Source: Ignavibacteriota bacterium
Lineage (GTDB): Bacteria; Bacteroidota; Ignavibacteria; UBA10030; CAVZMI01
Assembly (NCBI GenBank): GCA_963776275.1
Contig: CAVZMI010000018.1
Location: 32,001 to 96,000, forward strand
Direction of reading: 5' to 3'
DNA: 64,000 bases
Shown here: piece after piece, positions 24,111 through 34,824 of the stretch
Layout of the letters: each line of letters opens with the position of its first letter
Position numbering within the stretch: position 1 is the stretch's first letter
Made by a program: the position numbers and the translations under genes
The notes under the pieces: model-generated
The model's database searches: none
Seen by the model: only the letters and a program-made list of their open reading frames with translations
Told to the model about the DNA's origin: nothing

Positions 24111-24177
24111 GAGCCCTTACGATTCCTTAGGAATGCACGAAGTCTCCTGAGGTGATCGAAGGGCTTTATTATTTTTT
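24111..24177 (+). terminator. Long hairpin with U-rich tail after the LysM gene
   Basis: GAGCCCTT...CGAT...AGGA / TCCT...ATCG AAGGGCTT, followed by TATTATTTTTT. Confidence 0.6.
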
Positions 24178-24202
24178 CACTATATAACAGGAGGATGACA
24201 CT

Positions 24203-25213
24203 ACGGTCACAGAAAAAAAAATCCGGTTGGAAGGTGTCGATACGATGATGCTGCTGGGGATGAACGATAGTAATCTCCAGATCATCGAAGATAGATTTTC
24301 AACAGGGATCATTGTCAGGGGAGATAATATCACATTACGGGGGGAACAGCAGGAGGTTAATCAGCTCGAACGGATATTCAAGGAGCTGATTTTTATATTA
24401 AACAAAAACGGCAATCTCACGCCTAATGATATTGATACCGTCATTGACCTTGTATCGCTCTCGAACGGTGACGGCGCACAACTCCCCTCAACACTGAATA
24501 AAGACGAGATTGATTCCGTTGTCCTATTTACGAAGAACGACGTAATCCGCGCGAAGACTCCGGGACAGAAAGAATATGTCAAACAGGTGAAAAAGAACGA
24601 CATCGTTTTTGCAATCGGCCCCGCCGGAACCGGAAAGACCTATCTTGCAGTGGCGATAGCCGTTGCCAGCTTGAAGAACCGAGAGGTGGAGAGGATTATT
24701 CTCGCGCGGCCCGCAGTCGAAGCGGGCGAGAGCCTAGGATTCCTTCCCGGCGATCTGAAAGAGAAGATTGACCCGTACCTGCGCCCGCTCTATGATGCCC
24801 TCGACGATATGCTGCCGGCTGAAAAGCTCAGAACATACATAGAGAAACGCATCATCGAAATAGCGCCGCTTGCATACATGCGCGGGCGTACGCTGAATAA
24901 TTCGTTCGTCATCCTCGACGAGGCACAGAATGCAATCGGGATGCAGATGAAGATGTTTTTGACACGCCTCGGAGTGAATTCAAAAGCAATCATAACCGGC
25001 GATATTACCCAGATCGATCTTCCGCAGAAATCGGTCTCGGGCCTGGTTCAGATTCAGGATATTCTGAAAGAAATCGACGGAGTTGCTTTCGTCTATTTCG
25101 ACCGTAACAACGTCGTACGCCATAAGTTGGTGAAAGATATCATCGATGCGTATGATAAATATCACAACGGTGATAAGCCGGGAAATATCACGGAGGGAAG
25201 CGGCGGAAAATAA
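24203..25213 (+). CDS. phoH: PhoH family ATPase; start uncertain (ACG 24203 or TTG 24227)
   Basis: GPAGTGKTYLA, RPAVEAGE.LGFLPGD, DPYLRPLYDAL, AYMRGRTL, LDEAQN, TGD.TQIDLP. Confidence 0.93.
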   Translation, partial: TVTEKKIRLEGVDTMMLLGMNDSNLQIIEDRFSTGIIVRGDNITLRGEQQEVNQLERIFKELIFILNKNGNLTPNDIDTVIDLVSLSNGDGAQLPSTLNKDEIDSVVLFTKNDVIRAKTPGQKEYVKQVKKNDIVFAIGPAGTGKTYLAVAIAVASLKNREVERIILARPAVEAGESLGFLPGDLKEKIDPYLRPLYDALDDMLPAEKLRTYIEKRIIEIAPLAYMRGRTLNNSFVILDEAQNAIGMQMKMFLTRLGVNSKAIITGDITQIDLPQKSVSGLVQIQDILKEIDGVAFVYFDRNNVVRHKLVKDIIDAYDKYHNGDKPGNITEGSGGK

Positions 25214-25398
25214 AGGAATTGTGAGTGATCGAAATGCAATTTACAATACGGTGGACAAGCCTTGGATTGAGCGACTCGGGGTTGACTCAGGGTAAGTATC
25301 GAGGTTACCGGTTTTAGCGATAATTTTTTTAAAGGTTACCTCTGAGTGGTAGGCTCATAAGCCTTTGGCTTAGATATGGCTATATGAATTGCTGATTA

Positions 25399-25420
25399 TG
25401 GTTCGACAAGCTCACCACGA
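25399..25420 (+). repeat. REP-like short element TGGTTCGACAAGCTCACCACGA
   Basis: Intergenic imperfect palindrome of the TTCGAC..GCTCA class; related cores occur at 57070-57175. Confidence 0.45.
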
Positions 25421-25529
25421 GACTCGGTAACCCGGCTCTATCTTCCTGCGTCTATAGATAAAGACGTTTCAACAAAATCCCGCCTCCCGATTTTTGGGAT
25501 AACTTTTATTTTGACTCAGAGGAGGAATT

Positions 25530-26774
25530 ATGAATGCTCGACTACGACTACTCGCTCTGATCATCCTCGGATGCTGTTTTTGGGGATGCAGAAATTCATC
25601 CGGACCGTCGGATGTACAAAATCCCGTTCGTGATCTAAACGGACTCGAAAAGCAGGTTGTCTCGGCTGATAATTCGTTCGGGATCTCGTTATTCAACAGA
25701 ATCAACCAGACAGAGACCGGGAAGAATGTTATTGTCTCTCCTCTGAGCGTTTCGATGGCATTCGGTATGGCGCTGAACGGCGCCGATGGTTCTACGAAAA
25801 CAGCCATTCAAAATACACTGGGCTATCAGGGATTCAGCGACCAGGATATCAACCAATCCTACCGCAACATCATCGACATTTTTACGCAGCTCGATCCGAA
25901 GGTTCAATTCCAGATTGCAAATTCCATCTGGTACAGGACGGGTTTGCAGGTCGAATCGACGTTCGTGAATGTAAACCGCATGTATTTTGACGCCGAGGTT
26001 CAGGCGTTGAATTTCAGCGATCCTCAGGCGAAGACGATTATAAACGACTGGGTGAATCAAAAGACGCACGGACTTATCGATAAGATTCTCGAGAATGATA
26101 TTCCCCCATATATGATCATGTATCTCATCAACGCCCTCTATTTCAAAGGGACATGGACCACGTCTTTTGATTCAACAAAGACAGTTGATTCCTACTTTAC
26201 GACCGACGGTGGGGTGCAGGAGCAGTGCCGATTAATGACCGCCGGAGGAGAGCTGCTCTGCCTTGAAGATCAATCGATTCAGGCGGTCGATCTTCCATAT
26301 GGAAATGGTGCGTATGAGATGATCGTGATCCTGCCGAAACATGGAATAAACATAGACGACTTTGTTACCGGATTGACCAAAAGCGGATGGGAGCAAATGC
26401 TGGCCAAGCTGGCAAAGCGTGAGGGGACGCTCTATATGCCTCGGTTTAAACTTAGCGACCGCCGCAAGCTTAATGAATATCTTAAAGCTATGGGGATGAG
26501 TGTGGCGTTCAGTCAGGATTCTGCGGATTTTACAAGGATTTGCCACAATATCGCCGGGAGAATTTATATCGACGAAGTGCTGCATAAAACATGCATCGAG
26601 GTGAACGAAGAGGGGACGGTGGCTGCAGCAGTAACGTCTATCGGTTTTGGAGTGACGAGTGTCGGTCCGAGTGAGTTTGTCATGACCGTCGATCACCCAT
26701 TTATCTCTTGTATACGGGAGAGTTCTTCGGGATCCTTGCTATTTATTGGCAAGGTGGTAACGTTACAGGAATGA
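25530..26774 (+). CDS. Serpin family lipoprotein
   Basis: Lipobox FWGC; NVIVSPLS, ANSIW, INDWV..KT.GLI, NALYFKGTW, hinge EEGTVAAAVT, DHPF, LFIGKV. Confidence 0.95.
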   Translation: MNARLRLLALIILGCCFWGCRNSSGPSDVQNPVRDLNGLEKQVVSADNSFGISLFNRINQTETGKNVIVSPLSVSMAFGMALNGADGSTKTAIQNTLGYQGFSDQDINQSYRNIIDIFTQLDPKVQFQIANSIWYRTGLQVESTFVNVNRMYFDAEVQALNFSDPQAKTIINDWVNQKTHGLIDKILENDIPPYMIMYLINALYFKGTWTTSFDSTKTVDSYFTTDGGVQEQCRLMTAGGELLCLEDQSIQAVDLPYGNGAYEMIVILPKHGINIDDFVTGLTKSGWEQMLAKLAKREGTLYMPRFKLSDRRKLNEYLKAMGMSVAFSQDSADFTRICHNIAGRIYIDEVLHKTCIEVNEEGTVAAAVTSIGFGVTSVGPSEFVMTVDHPFISCIRESSSGSLLFIGKVVTLQE

Positions 26775-26863
26775 TCGAGCTTGAACTGTGAATTGTCCTG
26801 GTGCAGGTTCACAGAAAGAAGAGTAACTCATGGCAGAGAGGAACAATCAACATACTTAATAAA

Positions 26864-26893
26864 GCAAAGGAGGCTCGAAAGAGCCTCCTTTGT
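26864..26893 (+). terminator. Intrinsic terminator hairpin
   Basis: GCAAAGGAGGCTC-GAAA-GAGCCTCCTTTGT. Confidence 0.8.
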
Positions 26894-27012
26894 TATCTCC
26901 TATAGCCTTTAAGTGATGGATATTTTAATGGCTTTTGTCAAATTAGTGCAGTATGATTTAATACTACTACAATCCGGGTAATTTCCAACAACTGACACGG
27001 TGATGGATTGAT

Positions 27013-29625
27013 ATGGAGATACTTACTATATGCTCGAAGAACATAATCAGAGTCATTGTACTCTTAGTCCTTTTAGGCTTACTACCATCAGAGATACTCC
27101 GTGCCCAGCCGACATGTCAGCCCACATCGAGCGGATCGAATTCGATAGAGTTTGATTCAGTGACGAATGAGTATTTGTTCAAAGTTGACGGTAAGACTTT
27201 ATACAAATACTCGATCAACGATGGGCCATTCTGTTATCAAACTGGAGCCACTTTATTTGGATTGAAAGCAGTATCAGTAAATAACCATGATTTTTGGCCA
27301 AGCTATGTTGGAGGAATACAAGCATTATATGAGAGGGATACTATATCTCCAGGTGATAATCTTCATGTGAGATATAAACGATTGGAATATTCCGATAATG
27401 GCCAGATTGTTACCACACGATGGCGGATGAAATACTTTAAGTATAACACCGATATAACGAATCCAGCCCCGACAGAACCTACAGATTCGATCGATTACAC
27501 ATATCATTTGCGAGTATCGGGTAAGACATTAATAATACAGGTTGAGGTCGATTCACAATATATAAAAGCTCAAGCATTTTCCTACAATTTTAATCAAAGT
27601 GAGTGTGAGAACAATTATGGATTAGAAGCACGACGGATACCAGTTCCATACTTGACGTTGTTTAATCTGCTTTATTATGATGCTACATATACATCCTTAT
27701 TTGTAGATTGGGAAACTACTAATGCCTCAAAACTAGTGACATCTAATGGTTTGCGGGTAAAATATCAGGGAATATAGTTACCAACGTCAGTGGTATACAC
27801 CAGTTCACCGGTATATCTACCATTGACAAACGGAAAAAGGAATCGAATGCAGGAGACTATTTATCTTACCGTTTCTCCTGATATTCATGAGGTCCTACCA
27901 AATCTTCCCATTGGAAAGGCCCCAAGAATGAATATAATAACGAACAAGAATATACTTTCTTTTGCACCTCCATTTCCATGGTTGGTATATCCTTCTAACG
28001 GTTATACCTATAAATACCTAGATAGTCTCAAGAACCTTGGTGTGAACGATCTCAATGTTATCATTAAAAATTATCAACAGGCTGGTTTCGACCACGAAAA
28101 TCCGGATGGACTAGACACCAGCGGTGAATGTAACAAGTTTACATTTTGGTATGATGGGGATTGTAATCAAATACAAGATGCAGGTCTTGGTGGAAACGCA
28201 ACACTCCAAATGTTAAAAAATTTAGTAGTCGATACTCTTCAATACGGTTTTGCCCTTCACGAACAATATGTCGATTACTATACAAATTCTAAAACTTATA
28301 TTGATCATGGCCTCAGTTACGCTGCTATATATTCGAATGGTAATCCCGCCCTGAACTGGATTAATGGTTGTCACGATACAGCGCGTGTAATAAAGCCATC
28401 CTTAGCCCCATCGATCGCTTCGGATTGGTCATCAAGATTGGGTAATCTTTTTCATCCCACATGGAGTTATCTTGATGTTCATTCAGGTGTTAATCCTTCT
28501 GATATGGTCGACTATGAACCAAGTCAAACAGGTGCCGGCCTATTTAGATATGTTGTGGCGCAATATCGTGATGTGGCAAATACCATCAGAACTAATTATG
28601 ATGGGCCTGTTCAGGGAGAGGGTGGCAACCATTTTTTATATGCAGGTTATATGGATGATTTCGAAGCCCGGTTGATGACAGGTGATTATCGTGTTTTTGG
28701 ATATAATGCCCCACTCTTTGTCGATTTTGATATTTATAAGTTTCACAATAAATCGGCTTTACATGGAGTTGGACATTATTCCATTTTCTTTAGCCATTTA
28801 GAAAAAAATAGTGAAGGGGTTGATATTAGTATACCGGCCGAGAACATTGGGAGAGACTCCATGTTGACGCTCATTGCTACAGAACTTGCGTTTGGGCATG
28901 GTGGATTGGTGACCAAAGCCTGCGTTGTTGATAATTCCATGGAACAGGCGATTATCGAATACCAGTATGTATTGCCCGTTTATAAAAAGATTGCCAACCT
29001 GAATTTAAATCCTACTAATACGGAAATCTTATACTCCGACAATGGTGGTACTCACTGGCAAACTGCATCAGAATATATTAGAGATCATCCACACTGGGAT
29101 AATAGTAAAGACTCATCAGATTTCATGTCACAAGTGAAAGTCAGATACCCCGGTGGAATCACGATCATCGTGAACAGGCATCCAACGAGATCGTTAGATG
29201 TTCCATCGCCGGGCAGACGTAATAGCTGGTACGCCTATCATGCGAATGGCTCGTTGGGAACAGGCAGGGTAAATGTCGATTCATTCGCTTTACCTCCGAT
29301 GAATGGTTGGGTTGTCTGCGATTCCAGCATGAATGGCAATCCCGATCAACCTCTACTTTTGTCGCCGGATAACGGTGCAAAGAACATTTCGGGACCGACA
29401 GTACTCAGGTGGGAAGTATCGGAAAGGGCGACGCGATACACGATTCATATTCGTACAACAAATGGAGATATCGAGGTGACCACTCCGGTAACTTGGTATA
29501 CTATCGGGAATCTCTCTCCCGGCAGCGTCGTCATATGGTCTGTAACAGCGATCAATGATGGAGGAAAGAGTATACCTTCTATGCCCCGGTCATTTATTAC
29601 AATCCCGGATTATTCACCACATTGA
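27013..29625 (+). CDS. Large secreted protein, possibly glycoside-hydrolase-like TIM barrel plus C-terminal Fn3-like domain; interrupted by an in-frame TAG at 27775-27777
   Basis: ORFs 27013-27777 and 27790-29625 share one frame; signal peptide; LHEQYVDYY, YLDVHS, GPVQGEGG motifs; P.LLSP.NG..LRW..A.RY..W.V.A Fn3-like tail; AT-richer than flanks. Confidence 0.55.
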
Positions 29626-29633
29626 TCGTTGAT

Positions 29634-31802
29634 CTATCTGATATCGAGCTCCCTCAGGATATTCGTCGCGCCTGAAAATTTATCGAGGATGAATAAGATA
29701 TATCGCGCATCGACCGAAATTGTCCGGTTGAGTTTAGGATCGAATTCGAAGTCGCCTGTTAAAGCTTCATAATTCCCGTCAAAGGCAGCTCCGATAAATT
29801 CTCCGTTGCCATTGATAACCGGACTCCCGGAATTCCCGCCAGTGACATCGAGATTCGATAGGAAACATGTAACAACATCCTCCGATTTTTTGTCTACATA
29901 CGGACCAAAATCCTTCTGTTTCTCCAACTCTATAAGCTTTTTCGGAAGGTCGAAGGGCTCGCTGTCAGTCGCTTTTTCCACAGCTCCGGTAAGATGCGTC
30001 GTCGACTTGTATGATACCCCATCTCGCGGGTCATAACCGATGACCGTTCCATAGGTCAGACGCATCGTGCGGTTTGCGTCGGGATAAATATTACCGCCTT
30101 TCCAAAAAATCCACCCTTCGGTAAGTTTAGTACGAAGTGTGGAAAGAACCGCATTCAGCGGAACGTTGAATCTCCTCAGCTGTGCATTTTCCACATTGAA
30201 TTCTGATGCAAGTCGAACCAAAGGATCGGCTGCAATTGTGGTAGAGTCTTTCTCGAGAAAATCCTCTGCCGATTGAAGCGTTGCCAACATTGTGTGTGAA
30301 TACAGACTATCGATATACCGTCCGAGTGCGGCGTTATCACTTATACCGTTGGTCTGTTTGAGGATATTTTCGGTAACGGAAATCCTCTGTTCAGCTGGGA
30401 GATCATGACTCTTAATAAACAGATCTGTGAGAATTTCCTTATCTGCATTTGCATCGTAATCTTTGAAAGTCTGCCGGATGAACGGTAAAAGTTGTCTGAG
30501 TCTGTCATTAATAGAAAGCGATATAGAGCCGGATTGGCCGAATTGTGTCCGTCCTGTCAGCACCGTATCAATCCGGATTGCGATCTGAAGGAGATCGACG
30601 CCCGCCGAAATATTGTTGAGATAGATCTGCTTTTTATTAAAAGCACGAAGTTGGGCGGAGGCTGTCGAGAGTTGTTGCAGGACCGTCCCATATCTCTCGT
30701 TGAGTTCAGGATTTTTTGAGAGCCACTTCTGAAATTCCGCCTCTTCGTTTTGCTTTCGCTGGATCAGGTCGTATTTCGAAAAACCTTCGATCGCGCCCAG
30801 ACGATTTTTATACGTATTGGCAAGATCTTTGATTTTGTTTGCAAGTTTCAACGCTGTCCGGCGATCACGATCGGACCATTTTTGAAGAATATCCATCCGT
30901 ATTTTGTAGAGATCGACCGTAAGGGGGAACGTCTCTTCTTTCAGGAGAGCCACTGCAAATGAATCGTTGTATCGGTATGTCTTTCCGGGATATCCCATGA
31001 TCATGACAAATGAACCGTCATGGTATCCTTTTGTCGAGATGGGTAGATACCGGGCTGGTTTGTACGGAACATTATTCCTTGAATACCGCGCCGGTCTTCC
31101 ATCCCGGTCTGCGTATACGCGGAAAATCGAAAAATCACCGGTATGGCGGGGCCATATCCAGTTATCAATTTCACCGCCAAAATTTCCAATCGAACTTGGA
31201 GGAGCATAGACGAGCCGAACGTCTGTGTATCTCTCGGAGATAAAGAGATAATATTTCACTCCGCTATATGTTTCGACAACCTGGCACACATCGTTCGATA
31301 TTCCTTTTGCCTGACGTTCAATCTCGCGTGATTTCTCTTCGATTGCCTGTGTGCGTTCGATCTCGGACATCGTTGGTGTAACAACGCCAAGAACTTCAAT
31401 AGTGACATCCTGCATTGATTTCAGCAGCGTAGCAGTAGATGTCGGAGCAGGAAGTTCCTCTTCTCGAGTTTTTGCCCAGAAGCCATCACGGATATAATCG
31501 TGTTCCGGAGTGCTCAGGTATTGAATTGCCCGGAACGCCACATGGTGATTTGTCATGACGAGTCCTTCGGACGAGACGAACGATCCCGTTCCCCCTCCTA
31601 TAAGAACGATGGCATCTTTCAAACTCGGTTTTGTAGCGCTGTAGATTTTATCAGGCGTAAGTACCAGGCCGTCCGATTTTAATTCTTTGAGAGGGAGCTT
31701 TCCAACTCCGTCAAGGAGCCACATTCCTTCATCAGAGGAGGACCTTGTAATGGTAAGAAACACACCTATGGAGATGATAAGGAAGCACCGTAATGGTTTC
31801 AT
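29634..31802 (-). CDS. S46 family dipeptidyl peptidase (DPP7-like)
   Basis: DEGMWL, TNHH, DNW.WPRHTGDF, PDANRTMRLTYG, DVTGGNSGSPV, AFDGNYE. Confidence 0.93.
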   Translation of the reverse strand: MKPLRCFLIISIGVFLTITRSSSDEGMWLLDGVGKLPLKELKSDGLVLTPDKIYSATKPSLKDAIVLIGGGTGSFVSSEGLVMTNHHVAFRAIQYLSTPEHDYIRDGFWAKTREEELPAPTSTATLLKSMQDVTIEVLGVVTPTMSEIERTQAIEEKSREIERQAKGISNDVCQVVETYSGVKYYLFISERYTDVRLVYAPPSSIGNFGGEIDNWIWPRHTGDFSIFRVYADRDGRPARYSRNNVPYKPARYLPISTKGYHDGSFVMIMGYPGKTYRYNDSFAVALLKEETFPLTVDLYKIRMDILQKWSDRDRRTALKLANKIKDLANTYKNRLGAIEGFSKYDLIQRKQNEEAEFQKWLSKNPELNERYGTVLQQLSTASAQLRAFNKKQIYLNNISAGVDLLQIAIRIDTVLTGRTQFGQSGSISLSINDRLRQLLPFIRQTFKDYDANADKEILTDLFIKSHDLPAEQRISVTENILKQTNGISDNAALGRYIDSLYSHTMLATLQSAEDFLEKDSTTIAADPLVRLASEFNVENAQLRRFNVPLNAVLSTLRTKLTEGWIFWKGGNIYPDANRTMRLTYGTVIGYDPRDGVSYKSTTHLTGAVEKATDSEPFDLPKKLIELEKQKDFGPYVDKKSEDVVTCFLSNLDVTGGNSGSPVINGNGEFIGAAFDGNYEALTGDFEFDPKLNRTISVDARYILFILDKFSGATNILRELDIR

Positions 31803-31958
31803 TTTTATTCTCCCAAATCCAATGCAATATTTCTATATATCGTGATTAATTTAATAAATATTAAATGTATAAAAAAATGAAACGAACAATATGTCCATAC
31901 AAAAGTGGGGGCGGCATTATATATCATTCCCCTCGTACGATTCGGGGGAATGAAGAGG

Positions 31959-32657
31959 TCAAGACTGAATGGAATTCTTTTTTTTCGCGGCGTGTTCGTG
32001 GAGGTCAATTTTATCGAATGCGATATTTTTAAGTTTGTTGATCTCGTCTTCCATTACCGAGATGTTCTGGTCCAGTTCATCGATCAATTTTCGATCGTCA
32101 CTGCTGAGTTTTTGTCGTGCGACGATATCGGTGCTGATTTTTATTGCTGCAAGAGGATTATTGAATTCGTGGCAAATTGTTACAATGAGTTCTTTTATTG
32201 CTTCTGCACGTTTTTGGGTAATGAGCTTGTTTTTCTCCACCGCTGCAATTTGCCGCTTTAATTTCACACGCTCGAGAACGCTCAGCAGTGTCGATGGCAG
32301 GATTGTCTCGGACATTTCTTCTTTGATAAGGTAGTCTTCAACGCCGAGTTTCATTACTTCTACTGCCAGACGGAAATCTTTATTTGAGGTCAGGAAGATG
32401 ATCGGGGTATTGATGTTTCGGCTCCGGATTGTCTTTGTGATCTCGCTTCCGTTCATCTGGGGAAGGAAATAGTCCATCAATATGACATCGATACCCGGGT
32501 TATGCTCGAGCTCTTCGAGTCCCTTTGCACCGTCTTCCTTCCAAATGATGTTGAACCGTCTGCCCTGATATTTCTTGAGATGCATCTGGGCGATTCGGAC
32601 ATAGGCGATATCGTCGTCGATAATAAGGACGTTAACAGCCGGAGATTCCATAGGCAC
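31959..32657 (-). CDS. Response regulator receiver plus HisKA domain, no HATPase
   Basis: LIIDDD, ILMDYFLP, FLT, DYLIK receiver; CHEFNNPL H-box; ends shortly afterwards. Confidence 0.85.
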   Translation of the reverse strand: MPMESPAVNVLIIDDDIAYVRIAQMHLKKYQGRRFNIIWKEDGAKGLEELEHNPGIDVILMDYFLPQMNGSEITKTIRSRNINTPIIFLTSNKDFRLAVEVMKLGVEDYLIKEEMSETILPSTLLSVLERVKLKRQIAAVEKNKLITQKRAEAIKELIVTICHEFNNPLAAIKISTDIVARQKLSSDDRKLIDELDQNISVMEDEINKLKNIAFDKIDLHEHAAKKKNSIQS

Positions 32658-32860
32658 CTGTATCTAAGAGTGCTTTCTTTAAGTAATTGTAGGATTTCTC
32701 TTGATGAATTGCAAGTAAAAAAATGCACTGCCAGCCGGTATTGCTTTTTTCCCGAACTTTCTCTATACTTTTGCAATAATGTCAGGTACAACTTGTATAC
32801 AGGTATCATCGGTTGCCCCCACGTCATTAGATAAGAATGAAACTTACCCAAGGAACCTGA

Positions 32861-33235
32861 ATGGCGAATAAGAACAGGATTCTCGTTGTTGATGATGAAG
32901 CCGCATTGAGAACCGTTCTGAGTTCAGAACTTCATACCGAAGGTTATATGGTGTCGACTGCTTCGGATGGCGATGAAGCGATAGAACTTCTCCAGGCACA
33001 TCCGATTGATTTAATCCTTCTCGACATTAAAATGCCGCGTGTCGATGGATTTCAAGTGTTGCGTCATGTCAAAGAGAAACTTCCTCAGGTGAAAGTTATT
33101 ATGCTGACGGGGTTCGCCGATCTCAAAAATGCAATTGAATCAAAAAAACTTGGCGCGGAGGATTTCATAAGCAAACCGTACGATCTGGTCGATCTACTCG
33201 CGACCATCGAGCGGGTTCTTACGAGCGGCTCATAA
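32861..33235 (+). CDS. Single-domain response regulator
   Basis: ILVVDDE, LLDIKMP, MLTG, FISKP. Confidence 0.92.
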   Translation: MANKNRILVVDDEAALRTVLSSELHTEGYMVSTASDGDEAIELLQAHPIDLILLDIKMPRVDGFQVLRHVKEKLPQVKVIMLTGFADLKNAIESKKLGAEDFISKPYDLVDLLATIERVLTSGS

Positions 33236-33259
33236 GAAACGAGAGGTGAACATCGCCGT

Positions 33260-34627
33260 ATGGCCCGACGAACCAGTATACTTATTGTCGATGATGAAGT
33301 CGCGCTCAGCCGACTGCTGAAGTCCGATCTGACGGAAGAATCGTATTATACAGTCGACCTCGCATCCGATGGGGCGGAAGCGATCAATCGCCTCCAGGAA
33401 CAGGTGTTCGATGTCGTTCTCCTTGATATTAAAATGCCCCGTGTGAGCGGCATCGAAGTGCTCAAGTTCATCAAAGAGTACTCTCCCTCCACGCAAGTCA
33501 TCATGCTCACAAACTATGCCGATGTCAAAACCGCAATTGAGACGACAAAGCTCGGTGCCTATGATTTCCTCAGTAAACCGTACGACTTCGACGAACTCAT
33601 CGCAACTATCGAACGTGCAGTTGAACGTAAACAGCTTACAATCGATAACACACTGATGCGCTCGGAACTTTCCCGAAAAACCGGAGTATCGGGAATTGTC
33701 GGGAAGAGCACATCTATCATCGGGGTAATCGAAAGCGCGAAAAAGATTGCGAAGAGTGATTCCTATGTTCTCATTCAGGGAGAAAGCGGGACCGGCAAAG
33801 AGCTCATTGCACATCTTATACATCAGTACAGCCAGCGCTCGGAACTTCCTTTCGTGCCGGTTAATTGCGCGTCAATTCCCGATTCACTTCTGGAAAGCGA
33901 ACTGTTCGGTCATGAAAAAGGGGCATTCACCAATGCCTATCAGATGAAGCAGGGACTCGTTGAAGTTGCAAACGGTGGCACACTTTTTCTCGATGAGGTC
34001 GGTGATATCAGTCCCACGATCCAGCCGAAACTTCTGCGATTTCTCGAAACGGGAGAATTCCGGCGGGTGGGCGGAACGGTAACAAGGAGGGTCGCGGTTC
34101 GTGTTGTTTCAGCTACGAATAAAGACCTCTCGGCCGAGGCGGCAGCAGGACGGTTCCGGAACGATCTGCTGTACCGATTGAATGTCGTACAAATTCTGGT
34201 TCCTCCCTTGCGTACTCGGATCCAGGACGTCCCTTTACTCGTTGAACATTTTCTCAGAGTGAAAGCGAAAACAAAAACAGAAATATCAATCAGTCTTGAA
34301 GCGATGGCCGTATTGATGAAGCACGACTGGCCCGGGAACGTCAGGGAATTGGAACACGTCCTCGAAGGTGCAATGATCCTTTCGCATTCCAATATAATCC
34401 AGGCGAGCGAGCTTATCTTGAGTGTCCAGAGACCGGAACAGCGATTCCCATCGTCACAACTTATGGCGAGTGGACAAAAAACTCTTGAGGATCTTGAAAA
34501 AGAGCATATCGTTCGGGTTCTCGAGACAAATAAATGGAATCGTGGAAAAACAGCCGAGATCCTTGGAATTACACCAAAGACGCTCTATTTAAAGATCAAA
34601 CGATATAAACTTAAAGAACCCTCATGA
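33260..34627 (+). CDS. Sigma54-dependent response regulator (NtrC/AtoC family)
   Basis: Receiver; GESGTGKE, ESELFGHEKGAFTNA, LFLDEVG, FR.DL.YRLNV, WPGNVREL, Fis-type HTH. Confidence 0.95.
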   Translation: MARRTSILIVDDEVALSRLLKSDLTEESYYTVDLASDGAEAINRLQEQVFDVVLLDIKMPRVSGIEVLKFIKEYSPSTQVIMLTNYADVKTAIETTKLGAYDFLSKPYDFDELIATIERAVERKQLTIDNTLMRSELSRKTGVSGIVGKSTSIIGVIESAKKIAKSDSYVLIQGESGTGKELIAHLIHQYSQRSELPFVPVNCASIPDSLLESELFGHEKGAFTNAYQMKQGLVEVANGGTLFLDEVGDISPTIQPKLLRFLETGEFRRVGGTVTRRVAVRVVSATNKDLSAEAAAGRFRNDLLYRLNVVQILVPPLRTRIQDVPLLVEHFLRVKAKTKTEISISLEAMAVLMKHDWPGNVRELEHVLEGAMILSHSNIIQASELILSVQRPEQRFPSSQLMASGQKTLEDLEKEHIVRVLETNKWNRGKTAEILGITPKTLYLKIKRYKLKEPS

Positions 34628-34824
34628 TGCATCGATCCTAAATCTCTTTACCTTCCGGTTTTTTCTAAAGTTTTTCTTCGGAAATACCGATAATTCTTAT
34701 AAGAAACGACTTGATCTAAATTACTTAAGTGCCGCTCCAATATAAATAATCATTTAAAAATTTTTTGAATGATAGTCAGAGCGGTAATAAGTAGTCTTAA
34801 AACCGACCATGGGACTCTTGTTCC

